The notes under the pieces are model-generated. The model worked only from the letters and a program-made list of their open reading frames with translations, searched no databases and was not told the origin of the DNA. A DNA stretch of 63,380 nucleotides, counting the filler, from Neoconidiobolus thromboides FSU 785 (lineage: Eukaryota; Fungi; Entomophthoromycota): assembly GCA_025603075.1 (NCBI GenBank). It is 11 parts of 11 records of this genome, joined end to end, with 100 filler letters (N's around TTAATTAATTAA, not from the genome) between each part and the next. Parts side by side here need not be neighbours in the genome. Positions count along the whole stretch, not along the records: positions 1 to 7,146 come from MU626711.1; positions 7,247 to 33,301 come from MU626512.1; 9 more parts are not named here. One strand, written 5' to 3'. This document shows positions 1 through 13,100 of this stretch, piece after piece; position 1 is the stretch's first letter, and each line of letters opens with the position of its first letter. The translations under genes and the position numbers were made by a program.

Positions 1-1
1 T

Positions 2-863
2 ATTTCATGCTATGATATCTGGTTACATTCTGTCCCACTTTGGGCTCGCGTATATGCTACTCCCGAATCAACATTATGCCCTTTTATTGGCTACCAAGGT
101 GTGGCTTTTCCTTTACTTTATTGCTTTCTTAACCTTTGTATTGGAATCAATTTACAATTAGTTTTTATACATGGAGTTAAAACGACAAATAAAATTGAAG
201 CAGCTTACTGGATTGGATCCATTTTACTTACTCTAATAATTACTATTCCACCACTTGGTATATTAATCTCTTATGTACTTATAAATTTATACTAATATAA
301 TCTATATAGCTATGGGACTGTTTGGATATAGTGATTTCAATGGATGTTATCTTAAAACAGACGATGAAGCTTTTGCTAGAACATTTCATTTCTTTACCAA
401 CCCTTTAGTTATGTTTGTTTGTATGGCTTATTTGTTAATCGTTGTGATTTTAGTATTGATAAAATTATATCGTGGATTAACTATAACAGAAGAGCAAAAA
501 CTGGCAACGGATAATAGCCGATTACTTGAAAGTATCAAACACATTAAGCTGCTTGCTTCTAGAATGTAAGGTCTTATAACATCATGCGTAACTTACTAAA
601 AGAAGTTTAGTTTATTATACCCGATAATCATGATATTCACTCATATTGGTCTAGCATTAGGCAAAACGATCTATGATCTAAGTGGTGCTGACTTTCTCGG
701 TTTAGATGCTTTTACTTATATTACTTTAGGAATGCTAGGAACACTTAATTTTATCGCTTTTTGTTGTGATCCTACTATACATTCAGCAGTTAAGGAAATC
801 TATTTAAGGTTCGTTAATACAAGACCTTGTGATAGCACAGATATTACGAATAGCTTTGTATAA
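2..863 (+). CDS. Orphan 7TM GPCR-like protein, copy 1 (5' truncated by window)
   Basis: Exons join in frame via GT-AG introns 258-309 and 566-610; several hydrophobic helices; TM7-like LGTLNFIAFCCDPTI; paralog of 2130-3218. Confidence 0.75.
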
Positions 864-1324
864 GGATAAGTATAAACAAATTACTTAACTTTAGATAATA
901 GAAGATTGAGCTTTTTTACTGTCAATATTAACTTAGATTATTTAATAGCTTAGATTCTTCATCACTTAAGCTAGAATAAGCTTACAGAAAAATGGCTAAA
1001 ACATTTATTCGAGCTTTATAATTTGAACAATGTGCCCAAAAAAACGCTCCTAGATTAGTGGTCAACTTTAAATATTAGTTTTTCAGAAATTAATAGTTAA
1101 ATTTATTGCATTTTCACACATATATTTTTTACATAACTATTGATTTATGTATGAATGTTAGTTTTATTGATTATGTATTAAATATAATATTACAATCTAT
1201 TTAAATAATAAAAATTGAGTTAGCTACTAATGTATATTTTTGAAAATACTAATTATTATTATTATTTATTCACATTGAATGATTTGGTTTATTAGAGACA
1301 GTTTGAGAGTTTGAAAAAATCAAT

Positions 1325-1432
1325 ACATGGGGCTGTGTTTTTATGTTTAAAAATTTTACTAAAAGTTTTTTTTGGCTCAAGTAGTACTTAAAGAATGGAA
1401 AAAGTAATGAAGTCAAAAAAACACCTACATAT
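1325..1432 (+). mobile_element. MITE-like 105-bp element, copy A
   Basis: Matches consensus ATAT-GGGGATGTATTTTTG...CAAAAAAACATCCCC-ATAT; diverged. Confidence 0.75.
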
Positions 1433-2129
1433 GTAACATCTAAAGGAGGCTTGAAGATTTATGAGATATAGAAATACTGTAATGTGGAAGTTGGACTTTT
1501 CACTACTTTATGAAGGCATACTTCCTCCTTTGGGAGATTGTACGCATTTCTTTGACCTGTTCAAGATTTGAGCTTTGGGCTTTGGATGAAGATGAGTAGT
1601 ATTTACTGCTATACCATCTCTCATCTATTTACATTTTGAGATTTTTTAAAAAGGATCAAAACCAAAAAAATGGCACCATAGGTTTAAATAAATCTAAAAA
1701 ACAAACGCAATCTATCAACCTAATTTCAAAACTACTAGCAGTCTATTTTCAGTCTATACTCTGTACCTAGAATAAGCAGTTTTAGTATGACATTTTGGTA
1801 AACATACTTCTACTTCAGTGTTTTGATTCTATAATAGTTAGATATCAGCAGCTTGTTCTTTTTATCTTTCAGGTATTATTTGCAAAGCTTCATCTTATGT
1901 ATATCTTTAACCTGATCTTTTCTTTTTTCTAAATCATCGAATATTCTCTCAGAACAAGTATATTTAAATGGAACAGGATTTTGTCAAGTGACACAACTGG
2001 AACTTTTAATAAGCTAGTTTAATAAAAAATGTAATCAAATAAACAAGTATATTAAAAGGTATCAATCTTTGTGTATAAGAGTATATAAAGAGCACAACTC
2101 GACAATCTACTTTTGATTTATTCGATAAT

Positions 2130-3218
2130 ATGGGGACTATTGATGACATACACTATATAATTAAATACCAAGTTTATCCAATAATGTCAAAAATATCACT
2201 TACTTCGGCTTCAGTAGTAGTGTTAACAATGATAGTAATATGTAATTCCTGTTATTATTTAGATTAAAGCATATTAAAACAATTAGCAATAATTGACTAT
2301 AAGTTAGTTGATAGAGTAACTCTTAGGTTGCAAACTGCGATTTCATCTTATGATATTTGGTTGCATTGTATTCCATTTTGGTCTCGTCAGTTTAATTATG
2401 AAGGATCTCCTTTGTGTACTTTTATTGGCTATCAAGGTGTAGCTTTTCCCTTATTCTACTGCTTTCTTAATGTTGCTATTGGAATCAATTTACAATTAGT
2501 TTTTATACATGGAGTTAAAACGACAAAAAAAATTGAAGCAGCTTACTGGATTGGATCCATTTTACTTACTCTAATAATTACTATTCCACCACTCGGTATA
2601 TTAATATCTTATGTACTTATAAATTTATACTAATATAATCTATATAGCTATGGGACTGTTTGGATATAATAAATTCAATAGATGTTATATTGCAATGGAA
2701 GATGAAAAATATACCAGAATGCTTCATTTTTATACTAATGTTTTGGTTATGATTTTTTGCATGATATATTTATTGATTATAGTAATACTAGTTGGATTTA
2801 GACTATATCGTGGAGTCAATTTGATGAGTGAACAAAGAGAAATGATGGATGACAATCGACCAAAAAAAAGTATTAAAAATATCAAGTTATTTGCCTCAAG
2901 GATGTAAGATTTTATATTATATATATTTATATTATTTATTAAATAAACTTTAGTGTATTATATCCTATAATCATGATATTTAGCCATTCTGGGCTTGTGT
3001 TGACAAAAGCAATATACGATCTCACCGGCTTTGCCTCATTAGAGGCTGATGCTTTTGGATATATTACTATTGGGCTACTTGGAAGCCTTAATTGCACTGC
3101 ATTTTTTCTTGATCCAACTGTACACCATGCGCTTAAGGTTATATACAACAGAATTATAAAAAACCAAGAGATTACTATAAAACAACCTAATGAAATAGGT
3201 AAGTTGGTTCCGTTTTAA
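2130..3218 (+). CDS. Orphan 7TM GPCR-like protein, copy 2 (cAMP-receptor-like/Git3-like by inference)
   Basis: ATG 2130 (MGTIDDIHY...), intron 2242-2286 gives IIDYKLVDRVTLRLQ; two further introns at the same positions as copy 1; seven hydrophobic segments; LGSLNCTAFFLDPTV. Confidence 0.75.
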
Positions 3219-3731
3219 CTAAATAACTTATTGACTTTAAATAGATTGTAATAATGAGTTTGAATTGACCACATTTACAAATGTAGTAAGTGAAAATGCC
3301 AAGAATGAAGCTGAGAGACCTATTTCATTTCATTTTTCCAATTTTATTAAAAGTTTATAGTTTTATATTATAAGTTTAAATCAAATATTAATCATTTGGT
3401 TAATCATTTTTATATTTCATAACAATGATAATCTTATTTTTTGATTTATTTGTACTTAAATTATTAACTAAGCTTCTCTATAAAATATATGAACGGCTTT
3501 ATTCACTAAAAAAATATGTATCAAAGCAAAAAATTGGTCACTATTTATTTGATTGTTTTCGATTATATTAAGACATTATTGTTTATAAGTTTTATAAAGT
3601 ATTTGTATAACAGGAGCATGTTAATTTTAGAGTACGATCAAGATATGTAACTATCGAATATTTCATTTATCAATCTCTTAAAATTTTTGTAATCAAATCA
3701 AAATTTAAATAGCAATAATATACAAATCTAA

Positions 3732-3835
3732 TAATGGGGATGTATTTTTGTGTTTAAGAATTTACTAACAATTTTTCCACTAAATAGTGCTCAAAAGATG
3801 GAAAAAACAATGAAACCAAAAAACATTCCTAATAT
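3732..3835 (+). mobile_element. MITE-like element, copy B
   Basis: GGGGATGTATTTTTGTGTTTAAGAA...TGGAAAAAACAATGAAACCAAAAAACATTCC. Confidence 0.85.
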
Positions 3836-4256
3836 AAGCATGTTATCATGTATATAGAATCATGCTTTTTTGGCTGTCAACGCTGTAAAAAATAAAGGAG
3901 TATTTTTAGAAATACTTGAAAGATTATTAATTTCAAGTTTTTAAAGAACAGAATATTAAATAACTTAGTTAAAACCTACATCATATTTGATCACGTTTTT
4001 CAAATTTTTGTAAATCTATAATCATGCTTTATATATTTTTGATTCTTTGTTCCATGTATCCATTCAGTATGCAATGTTTTTAATATAGGAAAACAGAATT
4101 TATGATTCATAGCTTTTATAGCTCAATATCGCTAAAAAGTATTAAGAATATCAACAAATTTGTTTTGTTAAATATCAGAATGATTTAAAGTGACTTTACT
4201 TGGATATGAGAGTCCTTTTTATAAAGGTTGTTGCAAGGTGTTAATTACAATATATT

Positions 4257-4362
4257 ATATGAGGATATTTTCTTTGGTTTCATTACTTTTCCATCTTTTA
4301 AGTGCTATTTGGATGGAAAAATCATTAATAAAATCATTAGGCACAAAAATACATCCCCATAT
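4257..4362 (-). mobile_element. MITE-like element, copy C
   Basis: Reverse-orientation copy ending AAAATACATCCCCATAT. Confidence 0.8.
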
Positions 4363-5226
4363 TCTAAAAAATGTTCAAATAAAGCAATCAATTTTGAATA
4401 ATCAACAATATTTTTCTTACTAAGTTGTAAATATTCTTCACCACATTTTTCATTTTTCATAGAATAGGAATGCTCTAATAAATCCAAGTTATTAGTACAA
4501 GAAATTATTGTTTGATCTATGATAATTCTAAATTCAAAGTTTGTCTACTCTAGAACCTCACTACCAAGTAACACACAAATTGGTATTAGATAGTAGGATT
4601 TTCTCAAATAAGCTGTTAACACTATGGACAAATTCAAATAGTAAGGTAAACTTTGAAACTCTGCTGCTAAAAAATTTATATATCACTATATATTTGTGCT
4701 GCGAAACATATGGCCTGGACGCTATAATATTCCTTTTCAATATTTTAAATAATTATTAGTTAATATATTGTAACTATGCATATTAATGTCGCATCAATAA
4801 ATCATTTTGCTTTTATGTTTGTACTGTTACATATTGTACTTATAATGCCATTTTAGAGTTCAAATAAATTGTCTAATTATGCTTGATAAAATAGTTTGTA
4901 TATAGTCAAGAACTTCGTTGACATGATGGTTTTACACTAAATTTAAAAAATGGACTACATATTTATGCTTCATACAGCTACAAATGTACGATTGAACAAA
5001 AGACCATACACAAATTATAAGTTAAATGGTATTATTAGTCTAACTTTTCCAAACAAGTAACTAAACCCTTCTATTTTATATCAACTTTGTAATTAAGAAA
5101 CCTATCAACAAATCCTATAAAAACCCAACTAAACCAATATTAAATCTTTATAAAATTTTACATAAAAGTATATTTATTATTACTCATCTGTGTTATATGC
5201 TTACATGTTACTTTAATTGAATTTGA

Positions 5227-5333
5227 ATATGGGGATGTATTTTTGATTTAAGAGTTTTACTAACAATTTTTCCACTCAAATAGGGCTTAAAAGATGAAAA
5301 AAGTAATAAAACCAAAAAAAAACATCTCCATAT
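5227..5333 (+). mobile_element. MITE-like element, copy D
   Basis: ATATGGGGATGT...AACATCTCCATAT, both ends intact. Confidence 0.85.
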
Positions 5334-5610
5334 TTTCAATTACACTCACTATGTAAACTATTGAAATGATTCCTTTATCCACATGAGGCTTCAAAGTTAT
5401 AAAAATAGTAATTAAATCTAATTTTAAAAAAAGAGCTATAAATAGAATTTCAAAATTTATATAACTTATTAGACAATAGCTTAAGGAACGATAGTATTTA
5501 TAATGCTATTTTAAAGTCTTCAATCATTGATAGAAGTGATGAGATATAGTATTAACTTACTAAAGTAGAATTACAAGGTATAAAAAGATATAAGATTAAC
5601 TCTAAAAAAA

Positions 5611-6426
5611 ATGATTGCCTACATTGTAATCGGAGGCTTTTGCCTTTTATTATTTGCCTTATTGCCTTACATATATAAGCGCTATCATGTTGCTTCTGAT
5701 GATGATTCTAATAAAATAAGCGCCAGGACCGAGGTTGGAAATAGGTCTATAAGCATGGATAGAAATGCACAACTTGGAGAAAATAACGTTTCAATCGATC
5801 CAACTTCAGCAATACTAGAGAATATTTCAATTACAAAAGGCCATAAATTTAGCGTTGGTACTGAAGAACAGCATAAAATTAGTGAAAAAAAGTATCATGT
5901 ATTCTTTAACAATGATTGCATTATGCAAGCAAAATATCAAAAATTAAATCCAGAGTCCCTCTATTATGAGATCAAGCTAGTTGATTTCACTGGTAACTTT
6001 GAATTATTGTTTGGGTATGCAGATAAAAGTACTTCTGAAATTCATGGTAAGTTAATATTTCTAGTATTAGTTTTACAAATTTGTTAATTCATTGTAGAAT
6101 CTCATATTTTGTTAAATAATAAAATATATGGTGTAAATGTAAATCAAAAACAATATCCAAACACTTTCGTTCATACTCTTAAAAAGGGTGATATTATAGG
6201 ATGTTTCTATGATTTAGTGTCAAATGAAGTAACATTTACTTACAATGGCAATGATCTGTGTTATTACCAATTCCAAGCCAATACAATGTACCCTACAATA
6301 TATAGTACTAAAGGTACCCTAATTAAGTATAATGTTGGAAATCAACCATTCCTTTATCGACGAGCTAATCAACTTAAACTTGGTTTGACAAGTAACTATG
6401 TCCAAGATATCCCACCTAGTTATTAG
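5611..6426 (+). CDS. Single-pass membrane SPRY-domain protein with C-terminal PPSY (Ear1/Ssh4-like Rsp5 adaptor)
   Basis: N-terminal TM helix; intron 6047-6097 joins the two ORFs in frame; SPRY-like YYEIKL / KKGDIIGCFYDLVSNEVTFTYNG; ends PPSY-stop. Confidence 0.75.
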
Positions 6427-6570
6427 TTTGAACTTTTACTATCATCCTTAGTATCTAAGTAACATAAATTTCAACAACTTAACTACATTATTAAGTAATT
6501 GGATGGAATATTTGTACTTTTTTAAAACTTTGAATAAATAATGAAAACATGAAGCGATTTAAACTATTAA

Positions 6571-6858
6571 ATGGGATTGTCTGAATTAGTTTCATTATTT
6601 TATCCAATTTTTCAAAAATTTTGTATTTTAAAAACTTCGCTTAAAATTCTATAAGATCACATCTTTTATTAAAACAAAAGTACCCAAACACAGTTCTAAA
6701 TCATTCTATTATAGCTCATACTGTAAGTTACTTGAATTTCTACTAGATCTTAAATACATACTCTTATAAAACTTAATTGAAAAACATTTATCATCAACTG
6801 CTTAATAACCAACATTGTAGATTTATTATCAAATAAATAAACTATTTTAATGTTATAA
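6571..6858. repeat. Second dispersed repeat (~290 bp) beginning with a MITE-like end
   Basis: Colinear with 56841-57074 (shared GAATTAGTTTCATTATTTTATCCAATTTTT, CCAAACACAGTTC, CCAACATTGTAGATTT, AATGTTATAA). Confidence 0.8.
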
Positions 6859-7146
6859 GTACATTATTAATATATTGCCAAGTTAATAAATAGCTGCATG
6901 GGAGGGAGTGGTCAGCCCCAAAACTATAACTAACCATCCCTATATAGTACAAGTAATAATAGTTTTTACACATTATTACAGTTACTTGTTCTTTGACTAT
7001 TTATTAACTTAGCTATTAATAACTTAAGTAATACTAACATTTAACAATCTATTTCTATCATTTAACAAACTACTTACTTGCTTAGTAAATATCGAAATTT
7101 TCAAATTCTCTGTTATCTTCGTAAGGTAAGCTGGGATCGATCTTTT

Positions 7147-7246
7147 NNNNNNNNNNNNNNNNNNNNNNNNNNNNNNNNNNNNNNNNNNNNTTAATTAATT
7201 AANNNNNNNNNNNNNNNNNNNNNNNNNNNNNNNNNNNNNNNNNNNN
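7147..7246. other. Artificial assembly spacer; also 33302-33401, 41913-42012, 44333-44432, 46564-46663, 54520-54619, 57075-57174, 58354-58453, 60554-60653, 61664-61763
   Basis: Each is exactly 100 bp: Ns flanking TTAATTAATTAA (stop codons in all six frames). Confidence 0.98.
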
Positions 7247-7751
7247 GAAATTCTCATAACAAATCAAAATAATTAACCATGGGACTGACGAAGCGATATT
7301 TCACAATATCCTTTTCAGGTTAGATTTTTATCTCCTTTTAATTCTAATTATTATTATTACAATTTGGGTTCAGTAATCGATTATGAATTAGAAATTCTAA
7401 GCCCCCTCAATAAAGATAGCCTTATCAACACATTCTATGGTACAATACTTTTAAAGATGAGCTCGTTCTCACAAATGAAAGAACTGCTCACTATTTCCTA
7501 ATCTCTCTTACATACATTTTATTAGAATTTTTCTCAAATAAAACACAAAGCCTGAAAGACTTTGAATTAAAAATAATATTTTATAGCTTGATTTAAATTT
7601 TAAAATAAGAAATTACTATATAGCATGATGATTTTAAAAAAAAACGTGGCTAGATATCAATCATTCAATGCTCTTAAATTACTAACTTGCAAAGCTTTAA
7701 CATTATGGTAATAGTATTATCGATTTTTTGTGAATGACTAAAAATTTCAGT

Positions 7752-7858
7752 ATATGGGAGTGAGTGTTTTTTTTAACTTCATTATTTTTTCCATTTTTAA
7801 GCGCTATTTAAGCGGAAAAATTGCTAGAATTCTTAAACACAAAAATACATCCCCATAT
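7752..7858 (-). mobile_element. MITE-like element, copy E
   Basis: Reverse copy; both CpG sites intact; ends ACATCCCCATAT. Confidence 0.85.
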
Positions 7859-7962
7859 AATAACTACTATTGACATGTGGTGAATCGGTCAGTTCAATAA
7901 AAATAGGTTCTGTGATAAAATTTAGAGGCTTATGTTTGATTTATATTTATATACTATTAATA

Positions 7963-9155
7963 TTATAGCTGTCCTATTACTAAAATAACACCAAAGATGC
8001 CACCTAAGATGATCCCAATTAATGAATTATTATTATTATTATTTATAGTGCTCTTATGAATATTTTTTGATCTTAGATCATTTTCCTCATTTTGATCCAT
8101 TGAAAGCGTACCATCTACTTGCATCCAGTCAGTTACATTAAATAGTTGAATTCTATTTGAACTTTCCGAAATATTTAAAGAAACATAAATGTTTGTTCCA
8201 TTGTTGAACAAGCGTGTGCTAATAACATACTTATCAAAGGAGTTATTAGATACTTTTTATAAGTATCAAGACATCCACATGCAATGAATATAGCTGTTTT
8301 ATTTAATCCTCTAAAACCCTTTAATTGGAATTGAAACTCATAAATCCTAACTTGAATAGTGCTACAAGAATCAAAAATAAAATAAACTGAGTCAGTGGAT
8401 TTTATTATAGAAAAACTTGGATGCTTGGAAAAACCAATGCTATATTTCTTTACCTTATGTGATGTCAAATCTAATTCATATGATAATTTAATATTACTAA
8501 TGAACTTTGATTTATTTCTTGATTTTTTGAAAAGTATAATTTGTTATTATCAACGAATCGTTGATATATAAAGTAATCTTCGTTCCACCTATGAATTGTT
8601 TTATCTCATTAGTTTAAGTATTGAATAATACTAATTTCATTCATAAATAAAGTCCATTAACAATATATATTCTTTGCATTTTTTTCATCCTGTAATACAT
8701 TAAAGCAAGCATTACAAGGGATTTAATGCTTTTCAGGAATAGGCATATTATATACATATTAAGGTTGAGTGGTATTATGTTCGCTATGCCATTCCTTCTT
8801 TTTAATATCAAAATAGTTATAATATAGCATTGGTTCTGGTTTATATTGGTCAAAATGAATCAACATCCTATTGGCAACAGAGAATAGTCTATCTAATGGA
8901 TCTAAAAAATTTGACGAATTTGGCATGCTATGTATGTGCTTCCTATCCCACGGTATTAACAATTAACTTAGCTCCTCCTTTCAAATTCAATTTAAATAAT
9001 TGTTTATTATACTTTTTTGTATTTCTATTTGGTATATGAACCTCTCTGCCCAAGTAATATAATTCGTCATCTACTATAGTGCATTTACGACTACCTACCC
9101 TTGGTAATGTTACATTGATTTCAAAAAATAAAATATGAATAAAAAACAATAGCAA
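7963..9155 (-). pseudogene. Disrupted gene for a signal-peptide, beta-propeller(kelch)-like, C-terminal TM protein
   Basis: Signal-like N-terminus MLLFFIHILFF; kelch-like CTIVDDELYYLG; TM LIGIILGGIFGVILVIG; frameshift near 8960 and several in-frame stops 8600-8760. Confidence 0.5.
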
Positions 9156-10106
9156 TTAAATACAAAAACAACCTTGATTTTTAAGCTAAATTTTATTTTG
9201 AAAAGTTCCAATCAGAGCTTATTAGGAACTTTTAGAAGTTGGAACATTTAAGACATTGCAATGAAACGATAAGATATGGAAAATAATAGGAACTATTCAA
9301 TTGATTTAATAAAATTCATATAGCTTCATTTTGTTAAATTTATTATAATACAAAAGTAAGTTTAAAGGCTTGGTTAGAATTGTAACCAAATCTTCCCAGT
9401 TTGCCTTGGGCTCAGAAATTCGCAAAAATTTTTATGCTTATCTTCTAATCCTATATTTTGTCACTGATCTATGGACTTTCTATCCCTTATGTGCAAAGTT
9501 ATTGGTTAAAATTTATCCGCTCCCTTCTATACTACCTCTTTTGTTTCATGTCTGGGTTAAAATATTAAATATATCTAGGTCTATTATAATTTTTCTCTTC
9601 CTAAAATACAGAAGTTAGAATCGGAAAAACTTCTAGCTTCTTAAATAGAGCCCTTTTACCTCATCTTTCCCTTTATTTCTCCTAACTTTTGTCTCTTTTC
9701 TCTGATGCTTATTCAATATTTGAATAAAGTACTTTAGTTTTCAAGTTTTCAAAATTTTAAAATAAGAAATCTAGTATACTATTTCTTAGTTTTAAGCTTG
9801 AATTATTGTATTAAATTTTATTGAATAGTAATACCAAAAGTAGAGTTAATTTTATAATCAAATGTATATAGTAAGACTTAGTTTGTTTTAATATACTAAA
9901 ATTATCTTATTATTGTTTGTTTTGAAACTATATTATATTTTAAACAACACCTATTTTTATTCTAAAAGGATCCGAACTTGGTTTTTTTATGCATAATTTA
10001 TCAAATCAGATTCAAAATTTAATTTAATCCAGATTAATTTTTGATGTCTATCTTTTTTTGAATTTATAACTCAAAAATTATCAACTTTTAAATTCTGATA
10101 TAAATA

Positions 10107-13100
10107 ATGCTACATACAGAGTTAATAAGGGAATATTTAAGTGCTGTACTCTTATTCCTTTATACTAGTCAATTGTATGGATTTTATTATCCATTATTGG
10201 AGTTAGTAGCTTTATATCCTCACTTGTATTTTGAAAAGGAAGATATAATAGAAGATGTAGATACACTTAAGCAAAGAATAGTGAGTAGTTAATTTAACCT
10301 ATAATTTTAATTTTAATCAGCTATTAGCAAGAGGAAATTAAGCGAAATTCAGGAGGCGATAAGGTATATCGGTTAATAAGAAAGGTGGTAAGCCTTCATG
10401 AGGGGGGTAATTTAAAAAAGATTACACCATTTTTGCCTAAAAGTATGCGATATTATTTTGATACTTTCATGGTCGAGTTTTTTGATAAAAAAGTTATTGA
10501 ACGAAAAACTGTCAATTCAAGCGAGAATAATGTTTCTGATCCACATATGTCGACATTTAGTAACAGTTTGCCTTACTCGAATATAAGAAATTTCAAATTA
10601 ACAAAGAGTATTTTTTATTTTTTATTTTTTTCATATTTAACTTTTTTAGATTTATTTAATAAAAATTTATATCCTTCAGTAAACAATCTATCATTAAAAT
10701 CAATAGAGCACATAGAACTTTACTCCAAATATGATAAAATCGATAATGTAAATTTTATAATTATTTTTGAAAAAATCTCAATTTCTACATTTAGGTCGTA
10801 AAATTATTAGGTCATATCCACCCTGTCTTTAATGTTAAATACGATTTATTCGCAAATAGACTTATTACTGTACATTTTAATATAAAACTATAAGAGATGT
10901 AGCTAATTTTTAATAAAGGGCTCTGATGACGGTTCAATAAAAGTTTGGGATATTGAAACTGGATTTCTTATATTCACATTAAAAGGCCATTATTCTCCAA
11001 TTTCAGATATGATGATGTTGAAGAACACGAATCTATTATTGTCGTGTGATTCTTATGGCTTTATTGTAGTTTGGGACCTTGGAACTGGAAAAATAGTAGC
11101 GAAAAAGTTATTACTGGTATGTTTATAGCTATAAGTATTTGCTTTAACTAAAAATATTAGGAAGGCGGCAATATAAGTAGTGTGTATTTTTTCCCATATA
11201 ATTACGATAAGCAAATAAGTTTATGTGCTACTACTCAAAAAGGAACGTGTCATATATTTACATTTAAAGAAAAGACGTTTGAATTTGATTTATTAAAATG
11301 TAAAGTTGTTGCTAATCCTACTTATGGAGACAAATCTATTCTGACTGCAGCAATGAATTCTACTGGTACTATATATGCTTTTGGTGGCGAAGATTTTATG
11401 ATCAACATATTTATGCCTGAGCTCAAGAGTTCTTTAGAAGACTTAAATGAAGTTGCATTTGAAAACAAAGCAGGTGCACTTAAGTGGGAATTACCACGGC
11501 TGGCTAAAATTTTATATGGACACACAGGTTTTATAGCATCCTTATTTTTTAATGGGGATGGTACGAGACTTTTATCTGCGTGAGTTTATTATTTTTTAAG
11601 ACTTTAATCATTAAACTTTAAATCAGTGCTAATGATCAATCTGCTCGTATTTGGAGCTACTATCCGGATACTCAAGAATGGTATTCATTAATTTTAGGGG
11701 AAGAAATGGACCTTTCTAAGGATGACGGTAGCCTTTAATTATTTTTTATAGCATAACAATACCAATATCTTTTAGGAAAAGTAAGAGAGTTGAAGAAGGG
11801 ATTTGAGGTAAAAGAGCATGCTGCGATTGATATGGATAAGATAGTAGGAGAGCTAATTTGGGCAAGTAATGATGATTTAGTTATAGTTACTTATTTTACG
11901 GGAGCTATAAGGGTAAACCTTATTGGACATAAACGCCGTTGGCGATCTAATTGAATTTTAGGTATTTTGCTCACATTCCGGAAAATTCCTACGAAAAATA
12001 GAAGGCTTTACAGATCGAGTACAAATATTATTAGCAAATCCAAAAAATAAAAATATAATATTAGCTGCTGGTTATGATGGAAATATTATGCTTTTTGATT
12101 GTACTAATGGGGCAGCTTTAAAAAGTAATCAATTGTTGTTGATTTTTGCAAAACTAATCAGTTATAGAATGGAAGTTTGAAGAAATATTTATTTCAGGTG
12201 AATTTGCACCCAATGGTAATAATCTCTAATAATATTAGGCCTTTACTAATCTTATTCAGGCCTCGGTTTTTCTTTAGGCTGTGATTCAGGTTCAGTGTAT
12301 ATTTATGAGGAAATTGACTCAGGTAGAGTCAGAGAATTTAAGATGAAAGATAAATATCAAGCATTTGAACCTGACTTTGTTAACGTTCCTCCTATTGAAT
12401 CGTTTCCTACCCCAGGAACTGTTAATTATAGAAATGTAGGTATAATGTATATATTCATAACTATCTCCAATATAACTAAACTTGGCATAGTTCTTTAAAG
12501 AATACTCTTTGAGAGATTTTGATAATAATAGATACGACACTAATATATTACCTCCTGACAACTTTGGTAAGAAAAGCTTCTTTTTTCAAGAGTTAGTGGG
12601 TTTAATAATTCAATTGCTTAGGTATCAAATATTTGGACAAAAGGTATTATTTAGAGACGACGATTGACTATGCACTAAGAGAATTGAGATTAAGCCATTA
12701 CAGATGGTAATGATTTGTTATAGTTGGTATTGTTTACTTATTTTTTCTTTAGGCCTGCTCTTAAATCTCAGTTTGCTGAGTAATTTATCTAAATATTTTT
12801 TTTATTTAATTCTAACTATTTTTAAAGTCCAGAAAAATATCAATACAGAAAGTTCAAGAGATTGCATGATACAAAAATTCCAGAAGATGTGCTTGAAATC
12901 ATGAATGAACCCGTAGAACTCCCGCCTTCTCCTAATAATGATCCAGATTTTATACTGGAAGATAACGAAGAAAATAACTTAGAGTTTGATTTTGATGAAG
13001 AAGAGGAAGAAGATGGAGAAGAGGAGCGATATGATAGTTCTGAAAGTGATGAATATGTGCCAAAAAGCAAAGTAAATACTAATGCAATAAAAAGAGAAGG

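Noticed and set aside
1500-1990. Coding-like stretch between the two receptor genes (similar ones at 25380-25640, 42013-42300, 59040-59300)
   Set aside because: Frames are broken by stops and no family motif could be recognised; probably old TE or gene debris.
4190-4487. Short ORFs at 4190, 4305, 26114 and 62223
   Set aside because: They run through MITE copies or the tRNA; no independent coding signal.
6898-6920. GGGAGGGAG-TG as a polypurine tract before an LTR
   Set aside because: No second LTR copy or pol sequence visible; contig ends 230 bp later.
7191-7202. TTAATTAATTAA repeated ten times through the window
   Set aside because: Always centred in a 100-bp N run; artificial six-frame-stop linker, not biology.
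8600-8760. Alternative genetic code to explain in-frame TAA/TAG/TGA in several ORF remnants
   Set aside because: Conserved genes (PGL, TF, PRP28, NVJ2) translate cleanly and terminate under the standard code; the remnants contain mixed stop types and frameshifts.
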